Source: Candidatus Latescibacterota bacterium
GTDB lineage: Bacteria > Latescibacterota > UBA2968 > UBA8231
DNA length: 64,000 nucleotides
NCBI GenBank assembly: GCA_965200315.1
Contig: OZ241362.1
Coordinates: 4,960,001-5,024,000, forward strand
Reading direction: 5' to 3'
Shown here: in pieces, positions 1 through 8,523 of the stretch
How the letters are laid out: each line of letters starts with the position of its first letter
Numbering within the stretch: the stretch's first letter is position 1
Made by a program: the position numbers and the translations under genes
The notes under the pieces: model-generated
The model's input: only the letters and a program-made list of their open reading frames with translations
Told to the model about the DNA's origin: nothing
Database searches by the model: none

Positions 1-3000
1 CGCCGAAGAGGACGACATACGAGCGAGGGGCGATGACGGCCTTGGTTGGGAAGCGGAAGTAGTTATTTAGGGAGCCTGCGTCGCCCAACCGCCAACCGGC
101 TAGGGAAATGGGAACAGAACCGGCGTTGTATAGTTCGATAAATTCGTCTGCATGCGGGTCGTACCGACCGTCGCGGTTCGCGTCGCCGGCCGGTCCCTCG
201 GGCGGGTCGGCGAGTACTTCGCTGATGACGAGAGGATAGGTCAAAATGGGCCGCGTGGTTGAGGCGTGGCCGGGTGAAAAGGGTGCCTCAATTGGCGAGG
301 CGGTCTTGTGTGGAACCAAGGGGCCGCTGTCGGGTGGGGTGCGGACGAGGGACTGTTTGGTCGGCCACTCGTCGTGCGAGACGACAGCGATTTCGTGGCC
401 ATTGTCGTCGGTCAGGCGAATGTCCTCGCCCTTGCTGGTTAGTCCATTGCCGATTTTTCCGTCGTCGGTATAAACGGGGATGGTGAACCCCGATGGAGTG
501 CCGCCGCCGAAGAGGACGACATAGGAGCGAGGGGCGATGACCGCGTCGGGAGGGAACTGAAAGTGGTTCTTGGGTGCCGTGCTATCGCCCAGTCGCCAAC
601 CAGCTAGAGAAATAGTGTCCTCCCCAGCGTTGTACAGTTCGACGAATTCGTCTTCATAGGTGTCGCGCCGACCGTCTCGGTTGGCGTCGCCAGCCAGCCT
701 TGAAGGCGGGTCGGCGAGCACTTCGCTGATGAAGAGGGGATAGTCCGGTTTGGGGATGATATGCGTGTGTCCGGGTGAAAAGGGAGCCTTGATCGTCGAG
801 ACGGTTTTGTGCGGTACAAGTGCGCCGCTGTCGGAGGGATGGCGGACGAGGGACTGTTTGGTTGGCCACTCGTCGTGCGAGATGACCGCGACTTCCGTGC
901 CCATGTCGTCGATCAGGCGAATGGCTTCGCCCTTGCCGGTCAGTCCATTGCCGATGCGTCCGTCGTCGGTATAGACGGGGACGGTGAAGCCGGTCGGAGT
1001 GCCGCCGCCGAAGAGGACGACGTAGGAATCAGGCGCGATGACGGCGTCGGCTGGGAACTGAAAGTGAGTATCTGGCGAGGAACTGTCGCCCAACCGCCAG
1101 CCAGCTAAGGCAAGGGTATCTTCGCCGGCGTTGTACAGTTCGATGAATTCGTCTTGGTATCCGTCGCGTTGGCCGTCTTGGTTGGCGTCGCCGACCGCTC
1201 CCGTAGGCGGGTCGGCGAGCACTTCGCTGATGCCGACCGAGTAAGTGGGTGGGGGATCGGGGTTTGGGTCGGGATCAGGGTCCGGATCGGGATCGGGTTC
1301 GGGTTCGGGGTCAGGATCAGGGTCAGGATCGGGCACTTGCGGGTCGGCATCGGTAGCACTTCCGGGTGAAAAGGGTGCTTGTGTCGACGAGACGGTTTTG
1401 TGCGGTACAAGTGCGCCGCTGTCGGGTGGATGGCGGACGAGGGACTGGTCGTTGGGCCACTCGTCGTGCGAGATGACCGCGACCATATCGCCGCTGTCGT
1501 TGGTCAGTTGAACATCCTCGCCTTTGTTAGTCAGTCCGTTGCCGATGCGTCCGTCGTCGATATAGACGGGGACGGTGAAGCCGGTTGGGTTGCCGCCGCC
1601 GAAGAGGACGACATACGAGCCGGGGGCGATGACGGCGTCGGCTGGGAATTGAAAGTGAGTATCTGGCGAGGAACTGTCGCCCAACCGCCAGCCAGCTAAG
1701 GCAAGGGTGTCTTCGCCGGCGTTGTACAGTTCGATGAATTCGTCTTGGTATCCGTCGCGTTGGCCGTCTTGGTTGGCGTCGCCGGCAGCTCCCGTAGGCG
1801 GGTCGGCGAGCACTTCGCTGATGCCGACCGAGTAAGTGGGTTCGGGATCGGGTTCGGGATCGGGTTCGGGATCGGGTTCGGGGTCAGGTTCGGGTTCGGG
1901 GTCAGGTTCCGGCTCCGAACCGGCATCTATGGGGCTTCCGGGTGAAAAGGGAGCTTGCGTCGGCGAGACGGTCTTGTGCGGTACAAGCGTGCCGCTGTCG
2001 GGTGGATGGCGGACGAGGGACTGGTCGTTGGGCCACTCGTCGTGCGATACGACCGCGACCATATCGCCGCTGTCGTTGGTCAGTTGAACATCCTCGCCTT
2101 TGTTAGTCAGTCCGTTGCCGATGCGTCCGTCGTCGATATAGACGGGGACGGTGAATCCGGTTGGGTTGCCGCCGCCGAAGAGGACGACATACGAGCCGGG
2201 GGCAATGACGGCGTCGGCTGGGAATTGAAAGTGGGTGCCCGGTGCGGTGCTGTCGCCCAACCGCCAGCCAGCTAAGGCAAGGGTGTCTTCGCCGGCGTTG
2301 TACAGTTCGATGAATTCGTCTTGGTATCCGTCGCGTTGGCCGTCTTGGTTGGCGTCGCCGGCAGCTCCCGTAGGCGGGTCGGCGAGCACTTCGCTGATGC
2401 CGACCGAGTAAGTGGATGGGGATTCGGGGTTTGGTTCGGGTTCGGGATCAGGTTCCGGCTCCGGTTCAGGTTCGGGTTCGGGATCAGGTTCCGGCTCCGG
2501 TTCAGGTTCGGGTTCGGGGTCAGGTTCCGGCTCCGAACCGGCATCTATGGGGCTTCCGGGTGAAAAGGGTGCTTGTGTCAGCGAGACGTTTTTGTGCGGT
2601 ACAAGTGCGCCGCTGTTGGGTGGATGGCGGACGAGGGACTGGTCGTTGGGCCACTCGTCGTGCGATACGACCGCGACCATATCGCCGCTGTCGTCGGTTA
2701 GGCGGATGGCCTCGCCGCTGTTGGTCAGTCCGTTGCCGATGCGTCCGTCGTCGATATAGACGGGGACGGTGAAGCCGGTCGGAGTGCCGCCGCCGAAGAG
2801 GACGACGTAGGAATCAGGCGCGATGACGGCGTCGGCTGGGAACTGGAAATGGGTGTCCGGTGCGGTGCTGTCGCCCAACCGCCAGCCAGCTAAGGCAAGA
2901 GTGTCTTCGCCGGCGTTGTACAGTTCGATGAACTCGTCTTGGTATCCGTCGCGTTGGCCGTCTTGGTTGGCGTCGCCGGCAGCTCCCGTAGGCGGATCGG

Positions 3001-3600
3001 CCAGCACTTCGCTGATGACGACCGAGTAAGTGGGTGGGGGTTCGGGGTTTGGGTCGGGATCAGGTTCCGGTTCGGGTTCGGGGTCAGGGTCGGGATCGGG
3101 CACTTGCGGGCCGGCATCGGTAGCACTTCCGGGTGAAAAGGGTGCTTGCGTCGGCGAGACGGTTTTGTGCGGGACCAACTCGTCGCCATCGGGTGGATGG
3201 CGGACGAGGGACTGGTCGTTGGGCCACTCGTCGTGCGAGATGACCGCGACCGTATCGCCGCTGTCGTCGGTCAGTTGAACATCCTCGCCTTTGTTAGTCA
3301 GTCCGTTGCCGATGCGTCCGTCGTCGGTATAGACGGGGACGGTGAATCCGGTTGGGTTGCCGCCGCCGAAGAGGACGACGTAGGAATCAGGCGCGATGAC
3401 GGCGTCGGCTGGGAATTGAAAGTGGGTGTCCGGTGCGGTGCTGTCGCCCAACCGCCAGCCAGCTAAGGCAAGAGTGTCTTCGCCGGCGTTGTACAGTTCG
3501 ATGAACTCGTCTTGGTATCCGTCGCGCTGGCCGTCTTGGTTGGCGTCGCCGGCAGCTCCCGTAGGCGGATCGGCCAGCACTTCGCTGATGACGACCGAGG
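1..3600 (-). repeat. Seven tandem ~500-620 bp domain repeats (last one truncated) with (PD/PE)n microsatellite linkers
   Basis: The anchor cttcgctgatg recurs near 219, 721, 1222, 1813, 2388, 3007 and 3579. Linkers built from gggttc/gggatc/ggggtc hexamers lie at about 1248-1335, 1838-1920, 2415-2540 and 3035-3100. Confidence 0.9.
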
Positions 3601-3655
3601 CTTCAGCAAAGGATGCACATCCAAGCGCGATAATGAGGGACAGGAGACGGGCCAT
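1..3655 (-). CDS. Secreted multi-lamin-tail-domain (LTD) repeat protein, 3' end outside the window
   Basis: Missing from the ORF track because it runs off the left edge. Manual translation from ATG 3655 gives MARLLSLIIALGCASFAEAS (signal-peptide-like), then repeats of VVISEVLADPP..GDANQDGQRDGYQDEFIELYNAG..LAGWRLGD..FQFPADAVIAP..YVVLFGGG..GLTNKGEDVQL..DQSLVR..FSPG, an LTD signature. Pro/Asp/Glu linkers join the repeats. Confidence 0.85.
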   Translation of the reverse strand, partial: MARLLSLIIALGCASFAEASVVISEVLADPPTGAAGDANQDGQRDGYQDEFIELYNAGEDTLALAGWRLGDSTAPDTHFQFPADAVIAPDSYVVLFGGGNPTGFTVPVYTDDGRIGNGLTNKGEDVQLTDDSGDTVAVISHDEWPNDQSLVRHPPDGDELVPHKTVSPTQAPFSPGSATDAGPQVPDPDPDPEPEPEPDPDPNPEPPPTYSVVISEVLADPPTGAAGDANQDGQRDGYQDEFIELYNAGEDTLALAGWRLGDSTAPDTHFQFPADAVIAPDSYVVLFGGGTPTGFTVPVYIDDGRIGNGLTNSGEAIRLTDDSGDMVAVVSHDEWPNDQSLVRHPPNSGALVPHKNVSLTQAPFSPGSPIDAGSEPEPDPEPEPEPEPEPDPEPEPEPEPEPDPEPEPNPESPSTYSVGISEVLADPPTGAAGDANQDGQRDGYQDEFIELYNAGEDTLALAGWRLGDSTAPGTHFQFPADAVIAPGSYVVLFGGGNPTGFTVPVYIDDGRIGNGLTNKGEDVQLTNDSGDMVAVVSHDEWPNDQSLVRHPPDSGTLVPHKTVSPTQAPFSPGSPIDAGSEPEPDPEPEPDPEPDPEPDPEPDPEPTYSVGISEVLADPPTGAAGDANQDGQRDGYQDEFIELYNAGEDTLALAGWRLGDSSSPDTHFQFPADAVIAPGSYVVLFGGGNPTGFTVPVYIDDGRIGNGLTNKGEDVQLTNDSGDMVAVISHDEWPNDQSLVRHPPDSGALVPHKTVSSTQAPFSPGSATDADPQVPDPDPDPDPEPEPDPDPDPDPDPNPDPPPTYSVGISEVLADPPTGAVGDANQDGQRDGYQDEFIELYNAGEDTLALAGWRLGDSSSPDTHFQFPADAVIAPDSYVVLFGGGTPTGFTVPVYTDDGRIGNGLTGKGEAIRLIDDMGTEVAVISHDEWPTKQSLVRHPSDSGALVPHKTVSTIKAPFSPGHTHIIPKPDYPLFISEVLADPPSRLAGDANRDGRRDTYEDEFVELYNAGEDTISLAGWRLGDSTAPKNHFQFPPDAVIAPRSYVVLFGGGTPSGFTIPVYTDDGKIGNGLTSKGEDIRLTDDNGHEIAVVSHDEWPTKQSLVRTPPDSGPLVPHKTASPIEAPFSPGHASTTRPILTYPLVISEVLADPPEGPAGDANRDGRYDPHADEFIELYNAGSVPISLAGWRLGDAGSLNNYFRFPTKAVIAPRSYVVLFG

Positions 3656-3666
3656 GATCCTGCTTA

Positions 3667-3683
3667 TGCAAAAAGCAGGCCAA
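3667..3683 (-). promoter_or_regulatory. Putative sigma-54 (-24/-12) promoter of the LTD gene
   Basis: Minus strand reads TTGGCCTGCTTTTTGCA, with exact GG-N10-GC spacing (GG 3681-3680, GC 3669-3668). Confidence 0.6.
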
Positions 3684-3908
3684 ACCGTTGACAAAACTGT
3701 TATTCCATTAGGAACAGGTAGTTACGTGAAGGCCGTTGAGCTTTGAGCCCGACGATAGTGGCCCATTTAGGACACAGTGGAGCAGACTACGGGTAACGCT
3801 TCTCACATCACGCCGCGGGGACTCCAGCGGTGGCACAACAAGGCGTGGATGGGACGGGCGGTCTGGGCGACTTTGTTCATTGGAATTTTTTGAATAAGTG
3901 GATGTTTC

Positions 3909-4823
3909 TCAATCCCAGCGATAGGTGCGAGCGCCGCGACTGGAGACGCGGGCGAACTTCCAAGCCGTCAGCCACTCTTGGCGATCGCGGACGACCAGTT
4001 CAGGATGCTCTTGGCTGCGGACGAGAAGGCCGGGTAGGTGGGGCCGGCCATTGGGCTTGCGGGCGTCGTTCCAGCGCAGGTCCATGCTCCAGCGAATCGC
4101 GTCTGAGCAGTTGGGTTGGCTGCCGTGCGGGGTGCGGCAGTGGATGGCGATTAGGCCACCGCGTTGGACGGGGATGGTGACCGGAGCCCAAGGCGGCAAT
4201 TCTTCGGGTGCGACGGTGAAGCTGCCGCCTTGATCGGCGGGCGGGCGGATGTGCCGGCGCAGCGGCTCCTTGTGACAGCGGGGATAAATCATCAGAGTGC
4301 CGTTTTCTTCGTCGGCATCGACGAGGGGAATCCAGGTAGTGACGACGAGCGTGTCGTCGGCTTCGGGTAACAACACGCCGAGGTCTTGGTGCCAAGCGGT
4401 GGAGCGCGCCCATTCGTTTTGCGAGAAGTTGCCGGCGTACTCGTCGCTGGCCGGGACTTTGGCGCGGATGTGCTGGCAGGGGTTGGCGTAGATTTCCGGG
4501 CCGATCAGGGACTCGATCAGGTCGAGCAGCCGTGGATTGTGCAAAAAGGCGAAGATGTTGGGCCCTAGATTGGCGGGGAAGTTGATGCCGGCTGTGGCAT
4601 TGGCGTCGGCTTTGGCGAGGAAAATCAGGCGTTGGGCAAAAGGCAGCTCTGCATAGTCGCGGTCTATTTTGCCGGCGGCTAGCAGGCGTTGGGCTGCTTG
4701 ATCGATGATTTCTTCCAGTTCCGCTTGGATTGGATCTAGGTCTTCGGGAGCCAAGGCGTCGGGCACATGGACGTAGCCCTCGGCGTGGAAGAATGCGAGC
4801 TGCTCCGAGCTGAGGCCGGACAT
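3909..4823 (-). CDS. Phytanoyl-CoA dioxygenase (PhyH) family Fe(II)/2OG dioxygenase
   Basis: N-terminal LSSEQLAFFHAEGYV, WHQD motif, TTWIPLVDADEENGTL, PHGSQPNCSDAIRWSMD. Confidence 0.85.
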   Translation of the reverse strand: MSGLSSEQLAFFHAEGYVHVPDALAPEDLDPIQAELEEIIDQAAQRLLAAGKIDRDYAELPFAQRLIFLAKADANATAGINFPANLGPNIFAFLHNPRLLDLIESLIGPEIYANPCQHIRAKVPASDEYAGNFSQNEWARSTAWHQDLGVLLPEADDTLVVTTWIPLVDADEENGTLMIYPRCHKEPLRRHIRPPADQGGSFTVAPEELPPWAPVTIPVQRGGLIAIHCRTPHGSQPNCSDAIRWSMDLRWNDARKPNGRPHLPGLLVRSQEHPELVVRDRQEWLTAWKFARVSSRGARTYRWD

Positions 4824-4831
4824 GGCGCGTT

Positions 4832-5758
4832 TTAGAAGGTGCCGATGATCGAGACCCGATGGATTTGGCCTAAGTCGGGAGAGGACGAGTAGGCGTAATC
4901 GATTGCGTAACGGTCCATGATTAGGCCGGCCCCGGCGCTCAGGCCCAGCGGCTCCTCGTCTTGGGTGCCGGTCTGTTGGGTAGTGTAACCGGGCCGGATG
5001 TAGAGACCACCAGCGAGTTCGACCTCAAGGCCGAAGGATAGGTAAGAGTCGTTGTCGTTGGGCAGGTTGAAATCGGCCACCAAGAGCACGGGCACCAGCA
5101 GGTGCGCGAGGTGATGGGCCATGCCCAAGCGAATGTGTACCGGTAGCGAGTCCTTGAATCCCTCGGTATAACCCGAGCGCACAAAACCAAGGTTGGAGAT
5201 TGTCGCGCCGAGAGTCGTGCCCTTGACCGGGGCGCGGACTAGGATGCCTAGATCGGCGAGATAAGCGTCTGAAGAAAACTCGGCGATGTTTGAATAGACG
5301 GCTTTTAGATTGGCACCCACGGCCAGCCAGTCTGGCCCAAGCTGTTGGGCAATGGACAGATAAGCGGCGAGATCGGTTGCCGAGAAAGTCCCCAAATCGC
5401 GCCCTTCCACATCCGTGTGTTGCAAGTCGCCGTAGGATACGTAGTGGACGCTCAGGGCGTGTACGCGCGACCCGTTGGGGGCGGCGATGGAGGCGAAGCC
5501 GGCTTGGGAATCGACGAAATAGCTGTTGTAGGCGAGCGCGGCCGTGCGCTCACTTAAACCGAAAAGTCCAGCGGGATTCCACGCCGAGGCCTCGATGTTG
5601 CCAGACACCGCCGCATAGGCCCCGCCGAGTGCAGCAGCGCGGGTGCCGACGCCGATCTTGAGAAAGTTGAAACCCGTAGTACCGGCGTTGGGGTTGATCG
5701 CCGCCGCAGGCGTCAAGGTCGAAAGTAGGATGCAGGCCGCGAGGGTGTAGTATCTCAT
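4832..5758 (-). CDS. PorV/PorQ-family outer-membrane beta-barrel protein
   Basis: Signal peptide from MRYYTLAAC, GTTGFNFLKIGVGTRAAALGGAY and WNPAGL motifs, C-terminal HRVSIIGTF ending in Phe. Confidence 0.75.
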   Translation of the reverse strand: MRYYTLAACILLSTLTPAAAINPNAGTTGFNFLKIGVGTRAAALGGAYAAVSGNIEASAWNPAGLFGLSERTAALAYNSYFVDSQAGFASIAAPNGSRVHALSVHYVSYGDLQHTDVEGRDLGTFSATDLAAYLSIAQQLGPDWLAVGANLKAVYSNIAEFSSDAYLADLGILVRAPVKGTTLGATISNLGFVRSGYTEGFKDSLPVHIRLGMAHHLAHLLVPVLLVADFNLPNDNDSYLSFGLEVELAGGLYIRPGYTTQQTGTQDEEPLGLSAGAGLIMDRYAIDYAYSSSPDLGQIHRVSIIGTF

Positions 5759-5774
5759 GGTTGGTCTCCAGATT

Positions 5775-7220
5775 TCAGGCGGCTGCCCGTTCGAGGGCAT
5801 GGGCTGAGCGCAGCAGGCGAGCCTCTTCAAGGGGCGGGGCCAATAGTTGTACACCGATGGGCAAGTCGCCGTGGCTTTGGGCAAAGGGCACGGATATGGC
5901 AGGAATTCCGGCGAGGTTGACCGAGGCCGTGTAGATGTCGTTGAGGTACATCTGCAAGGGATCGTCGAGTTGTTCGCCGAGGCGGAAGGCGACGGTCGGG
6001 GCCACGGGCGAGATCAGCACGTCGCAGGCGGCAAAAGCGCGGGCAAAGTCTTGGCGGATCAGGGTGCGCACCTGCTGGGCCTTGCGGTAGTAAGCGTCGT
6101 AATAGCCGGCGCTCAGGGCATAGGCCCCAAGCATGATGCGGCGCTTTACCTCGGTACCGAAGCCCTCGCTCCGCGTTTGCAAATACATCTCTTGCAGGTC
6201 GGTGCTGCCTTCGGCGCGATAGCCGTATTTGACGCCGTCGTAGCGCGCGAGATTGGCCGATGCCTCGGCCATGGCGATGATGTAATAGGTACTGATGCAG
6301 TATTCGGGGTGGCCGGCCACGGGTAACTCGACATCCACGAGCTCGGCTCCTGCATCCGCAAGGGCGTTGGCAGCATCTTGGGCCGCAGCGGCTACTTCCG
6401 AGTCGAGGGCAGCGGGAAAATGCTCGTGCGCCAAGCCCACTTTTAGGCCGCGGACATCCCGGTTGAGCGCGGCCCGATAGTCGGGCACGAGGGCGGAGCT
6501 GGAAGTCGAGTCGCGGGGGTCGTGCCCAGCGATGGCTTGGAGCAGGAGGGCAGCGTCTTCGACGTCTTTGGTCACCGGGCCGATTTGGTCGAGCGAGGAA
6601 GCGTAGGCTATAAGCCCATAGCGCGAAACGCGGCCGTAGGTGGGCTTGAGGCCCACGACTCCGCAGTAGCTGGCCGGTTGGCGCACCGAGCCGCCAGTGT
6701 CTGAGCCGAGGGCGAGGATGGTCTCGTCGGCGGCTACGGCCGCGGCCGATCCACCGCTGGAGCCGCCCGGCACTCGCTCGGGGTCGCGGGGGTTTAAGGT
6801 GGGGCCAAAATAGGAGTTTTCGCAGGACGAGCCCATGGCGAACTCGTCCATGTTGGTCTTGCCGATGAAGACGGCGTCGGCGTCGCGCAGCCGCTCGACG
6901 GCCGTGGCGTCGTAGGGGGCGATGAAGTGTTCGAGGATTTTCGAGCCACAGGTGGTGCGCCCGCCGCGCACGCAGAGGACGTCCTTGAGGGCCAAGGGAA
7001 TGCCGGCCAAAGGCCCCAAAGCCGCGCCCGCTGTGCGCCGCTGGTCAATGTCGTCGGCGTGGGCTAGGGCACTCTCTGGCTCTACGCTGATGAAGGCGTT
7101 GATCTGGCCATCGATTGCGCCGATGCGGTCAAGCGCGGCCTCAACGAGCTGACGGGCAGTGATTTCCCCTTGTTGCAGGCGAGTACTGAGTTCGTGGGCA
7201 GTGGCTTGGTTGAGCGCCAT
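5775..7220 (-). CDS. gatA: Asp/Glu-tRNA amidotransferase subunit A
   Basis: [62 protein letters not shown]. Confidence 0.97.
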   Translation of the reverse strand: MALNQATAHELSTRLQQGEITARQLVEAALDRIGAIDGQINAFISVEPESALAHADDIDQRRTAGAALGPLAGIPLALKDVLCVRGGRTTCGSKILEHFIAPYDATAVERLRDADAVFIGKTNMDEFAMGSSCENSYFGPTLNPRDPERVPGGSSGGSAAAVAADETILALGSDTGGSVRQPASYCGVVGLKPTYGRVSRYGLIAYASSLDQIGPVTKDVEDAALLLQAIAGHDPRDSTSSSALVPDYRAALNRDVRGLKVGLAHEHFPAALDSEVAAAAQDAANALADAGAELVDVELPVAGHPEYCISTYYIIAMAEASANLARYDGVKYGYRAEGSTDLQEMYLQTRSEGFGTEVKRRIMLGAYALSAGYYDAYYRKAQQVRTLIRQDFARAFAACDVLISPVAPTVAFRLGEQLDDPLQMYLNDIYTASVNLAGIPAISVPFAQSHGDLPIGVQLLAPPLEEARLLRSAHALERAAA

Positions 7221-7223
7221 GAG

Positions 7224-7496
7224 TTAGGAGGTAGCTTGGTCCTTGTCCTTGGACTGGGGATCAAGCTGGGCTTGGTCCTTGTCTTTGGACTGAGGCTCGG
7301 TCGCGGCCGGAGGGGCCGTCGGCTGAGCAGGTTGCTTGGGGGCCTCGATTTCGTCCTGCACGTCGCGCATGGCGGTGCGGAACTCGCGGATGCCCTTGCC
7401 CAAGCCCTGAGCCATCTCGGGGATGCGCTTGGCACCGAAGATGAGCAGAATGACGACGAAGATGATGAGTATTTCCCAGTGGCCCATACCGAACAT
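7224..7496 (-). CDS. tatA: Twin-arginine translocase TatA/TatE
   Basis: MFGMGHWEILIIFVVILLIFGAKRIPEMAQGLGKGIREF. Confidence 0.95.
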   Translation of the reverse strand: MFGMGHWEILIIFVVILLIFGAKRIPEMAQGLGKGIREFRTAMRDVQDEIEAPKQPAQPTAPPAATEPQSKDKDQAQLDPQSKDKDQATS

Positions 7497-7520
7497 GGCT
7501 CTAGCTCCCAAAAGATGTTT

Positions 7521-7802
7521 TTAATAGCTGTGGCGGAAGTAGTACCAGCCGACGAAGAGTCCCAACATAGTGATTAAGTTGAACTTTAGCGACAGCTCAA
7601 ACGAAAAGGACAGGATGATGAGGTTGAACATGTGCGGCCCGATGGAATACTCCACGTAGCGCAACAGAGCGAGTTCGACGATGGTGTCGGGGCCGACCAC
7701 GGCCACGAGGATAAACCTCAGTATTTCACCGAGGATATTGGCACCAATCATCGTAGTGAAGAGGATGAGGATAAGGTGGCTGAGAGGCTTGTCGCGCAGC
7801 AT
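7521..7802 (-). CDS. Small membrane protein (DUF4321-like)
   Basis: Hydrophobic 93 aa protein. Its C-terminus FNLIILSFSFELSLKFNLITMLGLFVG resembles DUF4321. Confidence 0.6.
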   Translation of the reverse strand: MLRDKPLSHLILILFTTMIGANILGEILRFILVAVVGPDTIVELALLRYVEYSIGPHMFNLIILSFSFELSLKFNLITMLGLFVGWYYFRHSY

Positions 7803-7808
7803 GATAAC

Positions 7809-8504
7809 TCAGGCGTGTTGCGTGACGTCGCCATGCAAAAGCCGGAAGATCCAGCGAATGGGCCCGGAGAAGACGTACACGAGAATCATGGGAAAGAAAA
7901 AGATGCCGTCGTAAATGGTCAGCCCAATCGTGATGATGAAGTAAAGCTGTTTGAAGCGGTCGCTGAAGGAGGTGCCGCGAAAATTGGGAACACTGTCGTA
8001 ATCGAGCCGACTGACCATCAGGAAGGACAGCAATAAAATCAGGAGTACGGCCAGCGGCGTGGCGTGGGGGATGGGCCACGCTTTGACAAGGACCACGTAT
8101 TGGGTGAGGCAGACCGCAGCCGTGGGAATGGCCAACCCCATATAAAATTCGCCGCGCTCACCCGCGAGGCTCAGCGCATTGAAGCGGGCGAGGCGCATGG
8201 CTCCACACAGCAGGAACGCGAAGGCCAGCGCCAGCCCCCAGCCGGTTGGCAAGTGGGCCTGATAAATGATGACCGCGGGCACGATGCCAAAGGTGCAGGC
8301 ATCGACAATGGAGTCGAAGTGGAGCCCAAATTGGGAATCGCGCCCCATGACCCGGGCGAGTTGGCCGTCCATTTTGTCGAATACCGCGCCCAAGAAGATG
8401 AGCCAAGCGGCGGGCACGTAGTTGCCGTTGAAGGCATAGTGCAGGGCGAGGAATCCGCAAAACAGGTTGCTGATGGTGAACGCGGTGGGTATGAACTGCC
8501 TCAT
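7809..8504 (-). CDS. pssA: CDP-diacylglycerol--serine O-phosphatidyltransferase
   Basis: IPTAFTISNLFCG, CDP-alcohol motif DKMDGQLARVMGRDSQFGLHFDSIVD, RLARFN. Confidence 0.88.
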   Translation of the reverse strand: MRQFIPTAFTISNLFCGFLALHYAFNGNYVPAAWLIFLGAVFDKMDGQLARVMGRDSQFGLHFDSIVDACTFGIVPAVIIYQAHLPTGWGLALAFAFLLCGAMRLARFNALSLAGERGEFYMGLAIPTAAVCLTQYVVLVKAWPIPHATPLAVLLILLLSFLMVSRLDYDSVPNFRGTSFSDRFKQLYFIITIGLTIYDGIFFFPMILVYVFSGPIRWIFRLLHGDVTQHA

Positions 8505-8523
8505 TTTCGCATCCTTCTTGCCG

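Noticed and set aside
1245-3278. Plus-strand poly-(GS) ORFs and other short ORFs over the repeat region
   Set aside because: They are antisense or alternative-frame readings of the PD/PE linkers in the long minus-strand LTD gene.
1-3600. Repeats as a CRISPR array or DGR template/variable repeat pair
   Set aside because: The units are ~550 bp in-frame protein domains with no unique spacers. There is no cas or reverse transcriptase gene in the window, and the differences are not adenine-specific.
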